Assembly: GCA_030390025.1 (NCBI GenBank)
Contig: CM059432.1
Coordinates: 79,238,001 to 79,302,000 of the forward strand
Length of the DNA stretch: 64,000 nucleotides
From: Squalus acanthias
Taxonomy: Eukaryota
Reading direction: 5' to 3'
The translations under genes were made by a program, and so were the position numbers. The notes under the pieces were generated by a model. The model had not been told where the DNA came from. It ran no database searches and was given only the letters and a program-made list of their open reading frames with translations. Positions 37,586-51,207 of this stretch are shown here, piece by piece; within the stretch, counting starts at the first letter, position 1; the number at the start of each line of letters is the position of its first letter.

Positions 37586-40500
37586 AACAGGAACAGGAGT
37601 AGGCCATTTAGCCCCTCGAGCCTGTTCCACCATTCAATGAGATCATGGCTGATCTGTGACCTAACTCCACATACCTGCCTTTGCCCCATATCCCTTAATG
37701 CCTATGGTTAACAAAAATCCATCACTCAAACTTAAAATGAACAGTTGACCTAGCATCAATTACCATTCGTGGAAGAGAGATCCAAACTTTTACCACCCTT
37801 TGCGTGTAGAAGTGTTCCTTAACTTTACTCCTCTAATTTTTAGACTATGCCACCTGGTCCTAGACTCCCCAACCAGCGGAAATAGTTTCTCTATCTACCC
37901 TATCAGTTCCCCTTAATATCTTGAAAACTTTGATCAAATCGCCCCTTAACCTTCCAGGGAATACAGCCCTAGTTTCTGTAATCTTTCCTCGTAATTTAAC
38001 CCTTGGAGTCCGGGTATCATTCTGGTAAATCAACACTGCACTCCCTCCAAGGCCAATATATCCTTCCTAAGGTGTGGTGCCCAGAACATCTCACAGTACT
38101 CCCAGGTGTAGTCTAACCAGGGCTTTGTACAGCTGTAGCATAACTTCTACCCCTTTGTATTCTAGTCCTCTAAATATAAAGGCCAGCATTCCAGTAGCCT
38201 TTTTGATTATTTTCTGTACTTGTCTACGACATTTTAATGATCTATGTACATGGACCCCCCAAGTCTCTTTGGACCTCCACTGTTTCTAGCTTTTCACAAT
38301 TTAGAAAGTACCCTGTTCTATCCTTTTTTAGGTCGAAAGTGGATGATCTCACATTTGCCTACATTGAAATCCATTTGCCAGTTTTGCCCATTCATTTAAT
38401 CTATTAATATCTTTGTAATTTTATGCTTCCATCGACACTGCCTATAATGTCACCTATCTTTGTGTCACCAGCAAACTTGGATATGTGGCTTTCTATCCCA
38501 TCATCTAAGTCGTTAATAAAAATGGTGAATAGTTGAGGCCCCAACACAGATCCTTGCGGACTAGTCACTTCCTGCCATTTAGAGTAACTGCCTATTATCC
38601 CTACTCTCTATCTCCTGCTGCTCAGACCATTTCCTCACCTTGTCAAAAATTTGCCTTCAGTTCCATTAGTTTCAACTTTAGCTAACAGTATCAAATGTCT
38701 TCTGGAAGTCCATATAAATAACATCCATAGACATTCCCCTGTCCACTACTTTAGTCTCCTCTTCAAAAAAAAACAATCAGGTTCATCAGGCATGACCTAC
38801 CCTTTACAAATCCATGCTGGCTCTCTGATCAGCTGAAAATATTCAAGGTGTTTGGTCACTCTATCCTTAATTACAGACTATAGCAATTTCCCGACAACAG
38901 ATGTTGGGCTAACTGGTCTATAATTCCCTGATTTACCCCTCTCCCCTTTCTTAAATAGCGGCGTGATATGTGCAATTTTCCAATCTAAAGGAACAGTTCC
39001 TGAATCAAGAGAACTTTGCAAAATTATAGTTAGGGCATCTGCAATGTTCTCACCTACTTCCTTTAAGACCCTGGGATGGAAATCATCTGGTCCTGGGGAT
39101 TTGTCACTTTAGTGCCATTATTTTTTTCTTTACTGTTAATTTTGCTTACATTAATTATGGTGAGTCCCTGTCCCTGATTCAATATTAGTTTCCTTGGGAT
39201 GTCTGGCATGCTATCCTCTTCCCTACTGTAAATACTGCCACAAAGTAATTATTCAACATGTGCACCATTTCCTTATTATCATTGACTTATCACCATTATC
39301 AGTTTAAGGGGCCAACATTGCTCCTGTCCACCCTCTTTTTCCTAATATTGTAAAAAAATTTGTGTTGATTTTGATATTCCTTGCAAGTTTCTTTTCACGC
39401 TCCCTTTTTATAGCTCTTACTATCTGATTTGTCACCTTTTGTTCTTCTTTGTATCTCTCCCAGTTGCCAGGATCTGTTAGTTTTTGCATTTTTGTATGCT
39501 TTTTCTATTAGTTTTATGTTGTCCCTTACCACTTTAGTCGTCTATGGCTGGTTTTTTTTGGCAAGCCGAGCTCTTGCCCCTTAGGCGTGGTTCTGTATCA
39601 CATTAATCACATTAATTATATTTTGAACGCCTCCCACTGATCTTCTGTCGTGTTACCCATTAACAGATTTGCCTTTTTACTGTGGACAGTCCCTGTCTCA
39701 TCGCATTGAAGTCAGCCTTACTTAAATCTAGAATCTTAATACTGTAGCTGTTTTGCGTTTCTCCCTTTCAAACTCTACATTGAACTCAATCATATTATGA
39801 TTGCTATTAGATAAATGTTCACGCACCATTAGGCTGTTAACTAAATCTGGTTCATTATCACATCTAATGTGGCCTGCCCCCTTGTTGGTTCTGAGACATA
39901 TTGTTGCAGAAAACTATCCTGAACACACTCAAGAAATTCACTACCTTTCTGACATGAGCTAGTCTGCTTATTCAATCTATATGAAAGTTAAAATTTCCCA
40001 TTAAAACCATTCTGCCTTTGCTACATGCTTGTCTAATCTCTGTATTTATACATTCCTCCACTTGGTAAAGCTGCTACCAGGAGGGCCTATACACAACTTC
40101 CACTACAGTCTTAATCCTTTTCTATTAATTCTCACCATAAAGTCTCCACTGCCTGCTTACCTCTCGTTATATCCTCTCATCATTGAAGTGATATCATCCT
40201 TAATCATGAAGGCCACTCCTCCCCCTCTACCATTTCCCTATCTTTCCTATAGACCTTGTAACCTGGTATATTTAGTTCCTAGTTCCTGACTGTCTTGCAG
40301 CCATGTCTCAGTAATGGCTACCATGTCATACCCTGCAAGTTGAATTTGCACCTGCAATTCATTCAATTTGTTCCTTATACTCCGTGCGTTTGTATAAAGA
40401 ACGTTAATTTGGGCCACATACCCTAACCTGTCTTTCTGCTCTAATATTTCACTCACACATTTATTTATTTCTCCTGGTTTAATTTACATCTTTTAGTTTT

Positions 40501-40873
40501 CCCTTTACCTGTAGTGCCAAAAGCACCATTTCTGACTATTACTCTACTCTCTTCCCTTTCGTTTGTTTTAGAACTATTCTTTACACTACCTTTTCCACCT
40601 GAACGCTATCACCAACCCCCCTCCCCCCTCACTAGTTTAAAGTCTTTGTGACTGCCCTATTTATCCTTTCCGCTAGGACCCTGGTCTCAGCCCTGTTCAG
40701 TTGGAGCCTCTCCCAACAGTACAGTTCCTTCCTGTCCCAGTACTGGTGCCCGTGTCCCATGAAATGGAATCCCTCCTTCAGCCACTTGTTCACCTCCCTA
40801 ATCTGCTTATCCCTATGCCAATTTGCACGTGGCTCAGGTAATAATCCAGAGATTATAATCCTTGAGGTCCTGT
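37586..40873 (-). mobile_element. Long decayed CR1 LINE (ORF1 esterase remnant through 3' UTR)
   Basis: YTNARSIRNK...AITETWL (ORF 40247..40456), RT remnants and CR1 3' end; 40640-40870 resembles the ORF1 at 16900-17150. Confidence 0.88.
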
Positions 40874-41133
40874 GGATAACCTACACATCCACTTATCAGC
40901 ATTTGCTTCAAAGGAATCTGACTGATGGTCCTCTACCTGGAACCATTTCTCTCTCCTTGGTAACTTCATCGCTATGTGTTCTTGGATTCCTACTTCCATT
41001 TTATCTTCCACCTGTGATACCCTCCACTCCTCTGCCCAGAAAACCGTGTTTCGGCTAGGACATGGACACCATTTTCACAGGATTCTACACTTTTTGTCTG
41101 ACTATGTCAAGTCCCTGTCCATTCGGGTGCCAC

Positions 41134-41510
41134 TGTAGTGATATAGATGTTCCCGTGAGTCGTGGACCTGAATAGTAGCCAACCAACTAAGTCACAGTAC
41201 TCTGTATGTTAATATATCGAAGTTAACTTTAATGATTTAACATTGCACACAGCATTAAAACAATTTACACAAACGTAACGACAGCATCCAGCAATACATA
41301 CAACCTCTAAACCAAGGAATCAACGTCACGGCAGCAGAGTGATCAGCTCTCACGTGGCACTTGATTCTTCTTCTGGTGGGACGCCCTCCTCTAGGCGGAG
41401 CTTTGTTCAGCTCTCATCGACTGCAGTGCCGGACCTCCCTCAATGTCCCATTTTTATATCTCACTTGGTTTTATGGACGATTGGAATGTGTAGGCCCCAT
41501 CTTATCTACA
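41134..41510 (-). mobile_element. Possible solo LTR
   Basis: TGTAG...CTACA ends; on the minus strand CCAAT, TATAAAA and ATTAAA occur in LTR order. No TSD. Confidence 0.4.
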
Positions 41511-42318
41511 TACATAGAATTACATAGGATATATGGTACATAAACAGGTCATTTGGCCCAACCAGTCTATGGCGACGTTTATGCTCCACTCGAGTCTCCT
41601 CCCGTCTTTCCTCATCTAAATCTATCAGCATAATCCTCTATTCCCTTTTCCCTCATATGCCTGTCTAGCCTTCCCTTAAATGCATCTTTCCTATTTGCTT
41701 CAACCACTCCCTGTGTTAGCGAGTTCCACATTCTTGCCACTCTCTGGGTAAAGAGGTTTCTTCTGAATTCCCTATTGGACTTTGTGGTGACTATCTTATA
41801 TTGATGGCCTCTAGTTATGCTGTTCCCCACAAGTGGAAACATTCTATCCACTCTATCAATTTTTCATAATTTTAAAGATCTCTATTAGGTCACCCCTCAG
41901 CCTTTTTTCAAGAGAAAAGAGACCCAGCCTGTTCATCTTTTCCTGATGTGTATACCCTCTCATTTCTGGTTTCATCCTTGTAAATCTTCTCTGCACCCTC
42001 TCCAGTGCCTCTATATCTTTTTTTATAATATGGCGACCAGAACTGTACGCAGTACTCTTAAGTGTGGTCTAACTAAGGTTTGATACAGGTTTAGCATAAC
42101 TTCCCTACTTTTCAATTCTATACCTCTAGAAGTAAACCCTAGTGGTTGGTTTGCTTTTTTTAATGGCCTTGCTAACCTGTGTCATAACTTTTAGTGATCT
42201 GTGTATTTGTACTCCGAGATCCCTTTGTTCTTCTACCCCACCTAGACATGCACCCTCCAAGTGATAAGTGACCTCCCTGTTCTTCCTACCAAAATGTAAT
42301 ACCTCACATTTATCTGGG
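41511..42318 (-). mobile_element. CR1 3' fragment
   Basis: DKCEVLHFGRKN, RDLGV and FTQRVARMWNSL motifs. Confidence 0.85.
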
Positions 42319-42331
42319 TCCAGACAGACCC

Positions 42332-43258
42332 TGATGTAGGTGAAGAGACCCAAGTTGTCTCTACTTGAGTAGTTGTTGCTTCAGGTTCAGTACCTTTATT
42401 TCTTCAGTCAGTATGCAAAGCACTTTACAAGCAAAGTAGATTAAACAGATACAAGTACAGAAATGTAGACACACACTTCATTATTCCCTCACTGCACTAA
42501 CTTTTCTAAGCACAAAATGTCTTTATATGAATCTTGTCCCCTTACTAAACTTGAATCTGCCTCTTCTCCCTTGATTGGATTCCTTCTGACTTAACATGAC
42601 CCCCCCACCCCCCACCCCCCCCCCCCCCAACACCTTCTCATGGTGTCCATGTTGAACCAAACCCCATATCACATAGCATCCCTTATCTCGTCTGCTTCCA
42701 GAACGTTATCTGTGTGAACAATGAAGTCTTGCTTATTACACTCTCTGCTGCTGCATATCCAATCTGGTTTCCTAGACAACTGTTGTGAAAAGCTCTTTGG
42801 CAAGTTTTTTTAAGGTCCAGACAGTGTCTTTCAATTATGTTTCTGTATGCTAAGTTAACTTTTAATCTCCCAGCAAGCTCTCTGCCAAGTTAGTTCATTT
42901 GACTCATAAGTTAATTGTAATTACCTATTTGAATAAGTTAATTGTAATTACCTATGTGAATATATAAAGAAAATACATGTTAATAAACAAATGTGCACTT
43001 TCTTGTTGTGTTTGCTCCTATACTATATGCTAAGCTAGCCTGAATATCCCATCAAGCTCTCTGCTTCTTCCTTCACCATGTTCCCTGTTTCAACATGTCT
43101 CATGTTCCAAAAAAAAACCTCAAGCCTTTGGGTGTCTCTGATGTGTCCTGTCTTTTCTAACTGCCTCAACAGTCAGAAAGAATCCATTTGGTCTTGTGGA
43201 ATTTGCCTCCTTTCTTCCTTATCAGTTGTTTTTGCAAACCAGAGGCCTACTAGTATCA
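42332..43258 (-). mobile_element. Possible solo LTR
   Basis: TGAT...ATCA ends; minus-strand CCAAT (~42575), TATAAA (~42525), AATAAA (~42395); internal 27-bp tandem duplication at ~42907-42960. No TSD. Confidence 0.35.
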
Positions 43259-43749
43259 AAGCTTCTCTAAGCCTCTTCAGTAATTTCTGAATATTGCTGT
43301 CTTTGCAGTTTAAACTAACAATGTCAACATTTCCAAAAGGGGTAATGAACCTTCAAGAGAGAGCTGGAGGAGACTGATATTATTGCATACACAATGTAGG
43401 TGGGATATTGGGTGATCTACGATGTGGTCACCGTCATCTCCTGGAATTCGTTTGTGATCGCCTTTTGGCAAGGAGGCAATGGAGAGAAGAAAGCTGGCAA
43501 AGCGGGAGAAATGCTGCTGCTTAATTTTGGAGAACTGATTTTTACTGATGTGTTGTTTATGGACTAGGTGAGCCTGCTATATGTCAATTATGCATTTCAC
43601 TGACTCGCAAAAATAAGCACGGCACATTTAAACCAACCAGAACTATCAACCTCACTCACTTTGATTATAAATTTCACTCCTAATAATTATCTTTATTTGA
43701 GAGCCGAAGTGTAATTTCACTCTGAAAATAAATGCAGCTCCATGGGTTT

Positions 43750-43986
43750 GCACAGGTTTCCCAGGCTGCAATTATGCCCGGGTCGGTGCGCGCTTGGGTC
43801 CCACGCGACCAGGAGGCGCGTGCGAGGGGAGGAGGATTACGCCTGCGCATCAGTAGCTGGTCTTGGAAGGCGGCGAGCGGATGGTAGTTGCCGTGCGCGG
43901 GGGAGAGCCTGGTGAACACCGAGGCCCGCCATAGCGCAGCGCTCTGTGGTAAATTCCACACACAGAGGGTGGAGCTGCTGTGTTAA
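43750..43986 (+). promoter_or_regulatory. mcmdc2: CpG-rich promoter / 5' UTR of mcmdc2
   Basis: Abrupt GC- and CpG-rich patch, not matching the repeats in the window, directly upstream of the ATG at 43987. Confidence 0.75.
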
Positions 43987-44086
43987 ATGGCGCCTGAGGA
44001 TCTGGCTCTGAAGGAGATGACCCTAGTTTATTTGGACAGGACTGGAGGGCTGCACAAATTTATCAGTGACTGTAGGCGTTATAATG
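43987..44086 (+). CDS. mcmdc2: MCM domain-containing protein 2, first coding exon
   Basis: ATG...AATG|gtaatg; MAPEDLALKEMTLVYLDRTGGLHKFISDCRRYN resembles the MCMDC2 N-terminus as I recall it (KEAALIYLDRSGGLQKFIDDC); ends in phase 1. Confidence 0.92.
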
Positions 44087-44399
44087 GTAATGTTTAAAAG
44101 GAGAAATATATCTTAATCATTCAAAATTGTATTTATACAGTTGTATTTAAAACAAAGCCGAAGCCAGATTTATATCGTAAGGGGCCGCAACAAGAGGAGT
44201 GACCCTAAAGTCACAGCAATTTTACTACAGCTGGGATCTACAGACCTAAGCATCCCTTGCACCCGCTTGACCACTCGGTATCAAATACATACACATCTCA
44301 TTTACATGACCAACAACCGACAAGGTAGACCATTTGACCCACCTTTATCCATCCAGAAAGAACCTACAGTTCCCCAATCTTGACATCCACCTGCCATTG

Positions 44400-45815
44400 T
44401 TCGGTATCTGCGAATTTGACCAGTTTGCTTTGGACCTTCGGATCCAAATTATGAATGTAAATTAAAAACAGTAGGAATCTCTAATACCAATTCCTGGGGC
44501 ACCCCATTCAGCACTGCCCCCACCTTACATCTTCTCCAATAAGTATCACTGTTTCCTACCCTTCAGCCAATTTCTATCTATACCCTGAATGCCCACAGCT
44601 TTATCCTTAAGTAGTATCTTCTTGCATAACTTTGCCAAATGCTTTTTGAAAGTAAAGGCACACTACCTCATGGGGCTTTCCACAGTAAAAATATGATGGC
44701 TCTTCCTCAAAAATGTCGAGGAAGTTGGTCAGGGAGGATCTTCCCTTTATGAGTATGTTGGCTAATAGGTTGTTATACAGGTAATCCTTAAATTCCTTCT
44801 TGATGACCAATTCCATTATTTTGATGCAAGACTAATGGGTCTGAAGTTGTGCAGGTCTGTTGCCTTTTTTGAAAATAGGCATCACATTAGCCTGTATCCA
44901 ACCTACTGGGACTTCCCCAGAATTTATTGACTGCCTCATTATCACCTCACAAATCTCCCCCCTTAATAGTCAGGGATAAATACAATCCATCCCTCATCAG
45001 TTTTGAGCCTTTTTAACCTGTTTAGGACTTGCCATATCTTTTATGCCAAAGTCATTAATTTTTCTTGAAGCCTTGCTATATTGGGAGTGCATGTTGCTCA
45101 TTTATTCCCTAGTGAATACATGGAAGAAATAATCACTTAATATATTAACTATATTATGCAGATCCTAAGCGTTGTTGAATAAACAACCCCAGTCTGTTTA
45201 TTCAAGCTGTTCCCTGATTTCCTTGAAGCTAGCCTTTTTAAAATTGTATACCTGGTCCTCGGTATTTCTGAATCCCGGATCATGTTCAACTTGATCATTC
45301 TGTGATTGACATTTCTCAAGGGTGCCATGATTTCTATATCCTGCATGTTATCACTTATCATTACCAAGTCAAGATATGTATTCTCATGGCTTCCTTGACA
45401 TATTGGGTCAGGAAATAGTCATGCGTAACATTTATCAATTCAACTTCTGAATCATTTGGATACTCCCATTTTATACTTGGCTGATTAAAGTTTCCATTAA
45501 AATAACCATCCTGTTTGCACCTATTTGTCTTGTCAATAGGCTTCTTGGTAAGTAATCATAGAAAATACAGGATAGAAAGAAGTCAGTGCTAGATCTTCAA
45601 CTGGAGCAATCTACTCTAATTCTAATTACATTTCCCTCGTATTTACTGACATCTACTTTTTTTTTGCCAATTCCACCATCTTATCTATATCCCCTTGCAG
45701 CTTTCTTTGGTCCCCAGAATTATTTACTAGGCCTCCTATTTTAATATCGTCTGCAAATTTGGATACAACTCCTCTAGCTCTATTTGTAAATCATTGATGT
45801 ACACAGTGAACAGAA
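44400..45815 (-). mobile_element. Old CR1 fragments in mcmdc2 intron 1
   Basis: KGRSSLTNFL...YFQKAF in ORF 44607..44816, with degenerate GVPQ and FADD codons nearby. Confidence 0.6.
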
Positions 45816-45969
45816 GGAAAAGAGCAGGCAGGCTGGATGTATGGTTGCTGAGTAATCATGGCTACCTTATAGAGCCCTAGCTATTACTACTGGTTAGGAA
45901 CCCCTGCATCAAGGGAGAGAGAAAGTGCAAAGATATACCTGCAGCCATCCAAATTCTGTTGGGACATAT

Positions 45970-46293
45970 AGAAAGAAAGAACTTGCATTTATATAGCACC
46001 TTTCACAACCTCAGGACGTCCCAAAGCACTTTACAACCAATGAAGTACTTTTTGAAGTGTAGTCACTGTTGTAATGTAGGAAACACGGCAGCCAATTTGC
46101 ACATAGCCAAGTCCCACGAACAGCATTGTGATAATGACCAGATAATCTGTTTTCAATGATGTTGGTTGAGGGTTAAATATTGGCCCAGGACACCAGGGAG
46201 AACGCCGCTGTTTCGAAATAGTGCCTTGGGATCTTTTATGTCCACCTGAGAGGCCAAACGGGGCCTTGGTTTAACGGTTCATCCGAAAGACGG
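45970..46293 (-). mobile_element. Deu-domain SINE, 5'-truncated
   Basis: Colinear with 29105-29410. Confidence 0.7.
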
Positions 46294-49200
46294 ATGTGGC
46301 AGTCAGATTCCCCTGTCTGGACATCTCAAGTGGGATAATGCTCTCTAGATTTGTGCTGGTCTCCAGAGAGGCAACCAATTCAGCAGGAGAAATAGGAAGA
46401 AGGCAGCCTTAGAGGAGGAAAAGGAAGGTGAAATGGCTGAGGTGGGTATGTAGTCTGGCAGACTGATCCATCAATCCTTGATTGACAGGACTTTTCCTAT
46501 TGTCCTATCTGCACTACACAAGCTAGCATTACCAACATGCTGAGCCGAGTCCCCACTGCCTTTACCACCTCTGCATATTTCCTCCCACCAGCAACATTCA
46601 TATGTCCAGGTCTGAGAATAAATCTACACTCTACATTTCAAAGAAGGTGCCATCAGTTTATTTCTCTAACTAAGTTCTGTGCCTCTTCTATAATGTTTAG
46701 TACCCCGGTACTTTCCCTTGCTGAGAGTATAGGCTGTGTATTATCTGCTGCCTAGTCTCATGCTCCTAAGTACCACCTCAGTGGGAGGAGCAAATGTAGT
46801 GGCATGCTGCTGCTCCTCAATGAGGACTTCATGGCTTCTGCTGGGTCCTTAGATAGCCCTGCAGTGATTGTGAGCACCTCGGCTCCTGCACTAGCTGGAT
46901 GCTCATATCTGCTACCTGCCTCTTCTACAGTCCTTAGGGAGTCGGCAGGGGTTCATTACCTTAAGAGGTAAATGTTTCACAGATGTCTCTTCTTGTCATG
47001 TCCATTGTTGATAGCCAGGGATGTATGTGGGGACAGATCCTTGGCCACCACTAAGTAGTGTGAAGTTCCTCTCAAGACTATCCCCTAGCTGCTCGAGGCC
47101 AGAATGAATGCCTTCTGCAAATTGGAGCCCAAGATCACAATAGCAGTAGACACAGTGTTGCCAGCAACACAACTACACTTGCGTTCTTTATCTTGTAGGC
47201 TCCCTTGAAGATAGTTATGGGATTTTTAATTGTTTCATAATGCTCTGCAGAATTCTGAAATCCTCTCGGATATAAGAGCGAGCAGTCCTGCTGCATATTC
47301 TCTGCCATTCCATGCAGAGAGCTCTAAAGTTTCTCAAAAACAGCAAGAAAAGCTTCTGCTGATTAATAAGTGTTGCTCTGTGTGCAAACCCTGTACGGTA
47401 CGAATCCATGGGTCCCATAGCAGCTACACATCAGTTGTTCATCTGTTTCCACTTCAACTTGCTCTTCCTCACCTGTGCTGAATGCTTCCCCCCACCCCAC
47501 TTATTCCGCCCCCACCGGCCCTGTGATTCTCTGTAGCAGATTGAATGTAAGTGAAGTGATGCTTTCGGGGTCTGGAGTGTTTTGGTGCCTGTGCGGGGTA
47601 CCAGCTTCTTGAACATCTGTTGGGAGAGGGATTATTGGTGGGGTGCCCCAAAACAAAGTGAAAAAGAACATGTCTTATCATGAGGTATGTAAGGCAATAT
47701 TCTGTGTACAGTGGTAAGGTAAATATTGTGTTGTACGACTGCTGAGCAGAAGTTCCAATCTGCTACTGAGTGAGTTATCTTGAAAGGAAAGCAAGAAGTT
47801 GAAGATAGCACTTAGCTGGTCCTGCTGCCACAAACCCTTTCAGTTCTCCCTTATCCATTCTCTCTATGGCCTCCAATATGGTTGGACTACCACTAGTGTG
47901 GGTTCACTCAATGGTTGTGGGCGGTTTTCAGTTTTAAAACAGACCAAACTGATGCTTTCAGCATTAGGATGCAACGTGAAGAGCCGCCTCCCTCAATGAC
48001 CACCTTACATTCCACTTGGTGTGATGAGTACAGAACCTGCAAGAGGAGCCATAGTGACTTGGTAGCAAAACATGCAACAGTTATTTGAGTCAAAGGAAGC
48101 CCTACTTTTTCCCTTTCCCAGCCAACAAGTTGTTGCTGCAGCTCACTGAAATGGTAGTTGTGAATAGAAGATGTGAGTGTGGGCTGATTCTTTCCAGCTG
48201 CATTTTTGATGTGACTCCATGTTCTGGGCTAAGTGCTTGGTGCATGTATAAAACAACCATTCTTCTCCTTTTAGTTCAGTGTGGTCACTTTAGACAACCC
48301 TAATTTGGCGTTATTTCTCAGTCGAGAGAACCTTTTCCTCATTTGCTCCCATGACCGTAGATTTAGAAAACTGCATTGATACAACTAACTACTTGCTGCA
48401 CATTGGCTCTGTTGAGACTGTTCCCCTTTGTGCCAAAATTTGCCACCTACCTCTGCTGAACATCCTCCAGCAGCATGAAATGGCCAGCAACAAAACTATA
48501 GCCACAATTTTTATTGGGACTCATTACAATCCATGGAAAAAAGATAATTAACTTTTTTGGGGAAAATATGGCCTTTAGTCTTTTAGTAAAATTCTTTAAA
48601 GAGCAGTTAACAGTAAGGAAGTGAAGTAATTGTTCTCTTATATACACCATTATTTCAGACAGGGAAAGACTATCCAGCCTCCCCATCCAATGATCCTTTT
48701 TCTTTTCTGTAATCTATCTGTTTTGGGATTAAATCATGCTATGCATTAGTAACAAGTGATCATTTTTACACATTCACCGACTAAACGATACCCCTTCTAA
48801 AGTAGAGAGACACATTATTCCAGATGTGGTCTCACCAAAGTCATTTTAAATCAATTCTTTTGATTTATATGTTGTATATCCCCCACAGAATAATCCTCTG
48901 TAGAATCCTGCTGCCCAGTTGTCATATTTTAGAATTTGTGACAATTTTGACCAAAGTGGCATTTTAGGTAACTTGTATTAATATGTTGCTATTAAGTTAA
49001 ATTAAATTAAATCCATAACATACAGCTTCTGGGAATGCGGGTTACATTCATACAAGGCATCTGCACGGAAGGAGCTTCCCGCATAGCACATCAACTTGGG
49101 ACAATGGAGTTTCATTGAATGCATTCCAATAAACATTCATACATAATATGCTGGAATTGCTTCATTCATGTAAGCTCAATAGAGGTTAGCTGCCAAGAGC

Positions 49201-49534
49201 CCAGACCTAAGACGAGAGTAGCAAATTTAATTGACAACTCAACTGCCCAATCCCAGAGCACGGAGCACTGGGAAGGTCAAAGATCATGCTTTTGGTTACC
49301 TGTCCAACTAAGAATGAACACAGTGTTAAGAAAGTCAGGCACAAGAGTGAGAGCTCCCTGCTTGTTAAATGCTGACTAGTTTCAGTGAAATTTATAGTCC
49401 GAGCAGTGTAGTTAGCCTGCTAACAGGGATACTGTCATTTTCTGTTATGAGGAGCATTATGAAATGGATTTAAACTCACTGTAAACATTGTTAATTCGCA
49501 TGTGGAAGTCAGGAGAAGCACCATTGAGATTACA

Positions 49535-50356
49535 GGGCTGGATTTTACTAACTGAGACGAGTTGGGGGCGGGACTGCTGCCTTCCGGGTTCTAGTCCCGC
49601 CCCCAGCGACGTCTGACGAACAGACACTATTTTGCCATGATTGGCCTTGTTAAGCCCGCCCTGCGGGCTTGCCGGCCAATTAAGGGAAAGCTGGTGTCAG
49701 TTGATAACGCTTCATCTGCCGGTTTTCTTAAAGGCATATGCACCACATTTGTTTGACAGGTGATTTGACAGTGTTTGACAGCATTGAGGTGCTGTCAAAC
49801 ACTGTACACAGGTGAGCCCTTGAACCCAGCCTCTCCAATTACTCTCCTTAGCATAAAACAGATGGCAGCTGCAGCTGAGATTGCAGAAGCCATCTGTCAC
49901 TTCTCCCGATGAGATGAGGCTACACAAACACTTCACAGCTTGTCACCTGCAGAAACATCCAACCACATTAAAAATTACTTTCACAACATTTCATTACCTC
50001 TTATACTAACCATTGTCCCATTGCATCCTTCACACCACTTCTGCAGCTGTCATCCAAACACCAACATAACAACAGACCCACAGCACGCCTCACTTACCCC
50101 GGCGGGGTTCCCCGATGTCGGGAAGCACGCAGCAGCAGTCGAAAAATTGGGAAAAGCCTCTTAACTGCCTGTTAACTACCTGTTAACAGGCAGTTAAGTG
50201 GCTATAATCCTCTTCCCGCCGCTAGGAGTCGGGTCCCTGCTCAAATCAGGGACCCGACTCCTGGGAAGATTGGTTGGAGGTGGGTTCAGGACACGCTCCC
50301 ATTCTTTTTGACTTTCCCAGCAGTCCCGCCTCCCTAGGGCTGGTAAAATCCAGCCC
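49535..50356. mobile_element. Harbinger-type non-autonomous element
   Basis: Perfect 14-bp TIR GGGCTGGATTTTAC / GTAAAATCCAGCCC with 3-bp TSD ACA. Confidence 0.88.
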
Positions 50357-50872
50357 ACAATATCTAATGCACCTATCAAGGCACTGTTACAACCCTTGGG
50401 TCACACTATCATATAACATTGGGCAGTAAAGATAACTGCTGAATATAAAGGATTTGGGGTCTATTTATGGGAGAAACTGGTGAGGCTGAACACGAGAGAA
50501 TATCTGGTGCAGACCCCAAATTTGTAACACTGTTCATTAATTGAAATAGTGACATCTGACATGGGCTACCTTGCAAAACACCAGTGTTAACTTTATTGCT
50601 GTATACATGCTGATCAGGAGTAATTGTTTTTTGTTTAGATTTATTGCACTACATTTTGCTGTGTTCATGTTTAAGTTCATACAGTTGTCAGTGTTAATGA
50701 CTAAAATTCAGACCAAATGAGAATTAGTCAGTTATTCCATTTTAAATTATTAGTCTTACACATTAGTATAATGCACTTACCAACCCTGACCTGTATGCAT
50801 GTACATTTATTTCAGCACACATGGAGGGCCAGAGTTTATAAATATTTGGTCTAAAATATATTTATTTTACAG

Positions 50873-51003
50873 ATTCCAAACAGTGTCATGCTGTTTATCG
50901 CTTCATTATTTGTGTGAATCCATCTGACCTGACGGAGTTGGATGCAAGGCTGGGTAACTGTGTTCTTCATCAGCCGATAAGAGCTGCATGTTTGTTTCAG
51001 TCT
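50873..51003 (+). CDS. mcmdc2: MCMDC2 coding exon 2
   Basis: ttacag|...|gtgagt; 131 nt, (D)SKQCHAVYRFIICVNPSDLTELDARLGNCVLHQPIRAACLFQS, frame-compatible with exon 1. Confidence 0.93.
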
Positions 51004-51147
51004 GTGAGTAAAAAAAATCTTGAATGATGCAAGTGGTGCACATAAGTGATGTTTACATTTTTTATTCCAGTTTTCTCAATTCATATTGTCTGATTTAGGA
51101 TTCACATTTTTGGGAAGTTTCTCAGTTTCAGCACATGTGTCTTTCAG

Positions 51148-51207
51148 GTTTGCTTTACATCTATCAAGACATTGTCATTAATTCAACAATTAGAAACAGA
51201 AAACCAG
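51148..51207 (+). CDS. mcmdc2: MCMDC2 coding exon 3
   Basis: tttcag|...|gtaaat; 60 nt, VCFTSIKTLSLIQQLETENQ. Confidence 0.92.

Noticed and set aside
46480..48130. Possible decayed Harbinger transposase or unknown exon in mcmdc2 intron 1
   Set aside because: Only a faint CFRGLECFGA resemblance near 47560; no continuous frame, TIRs or splice-consistent exon.
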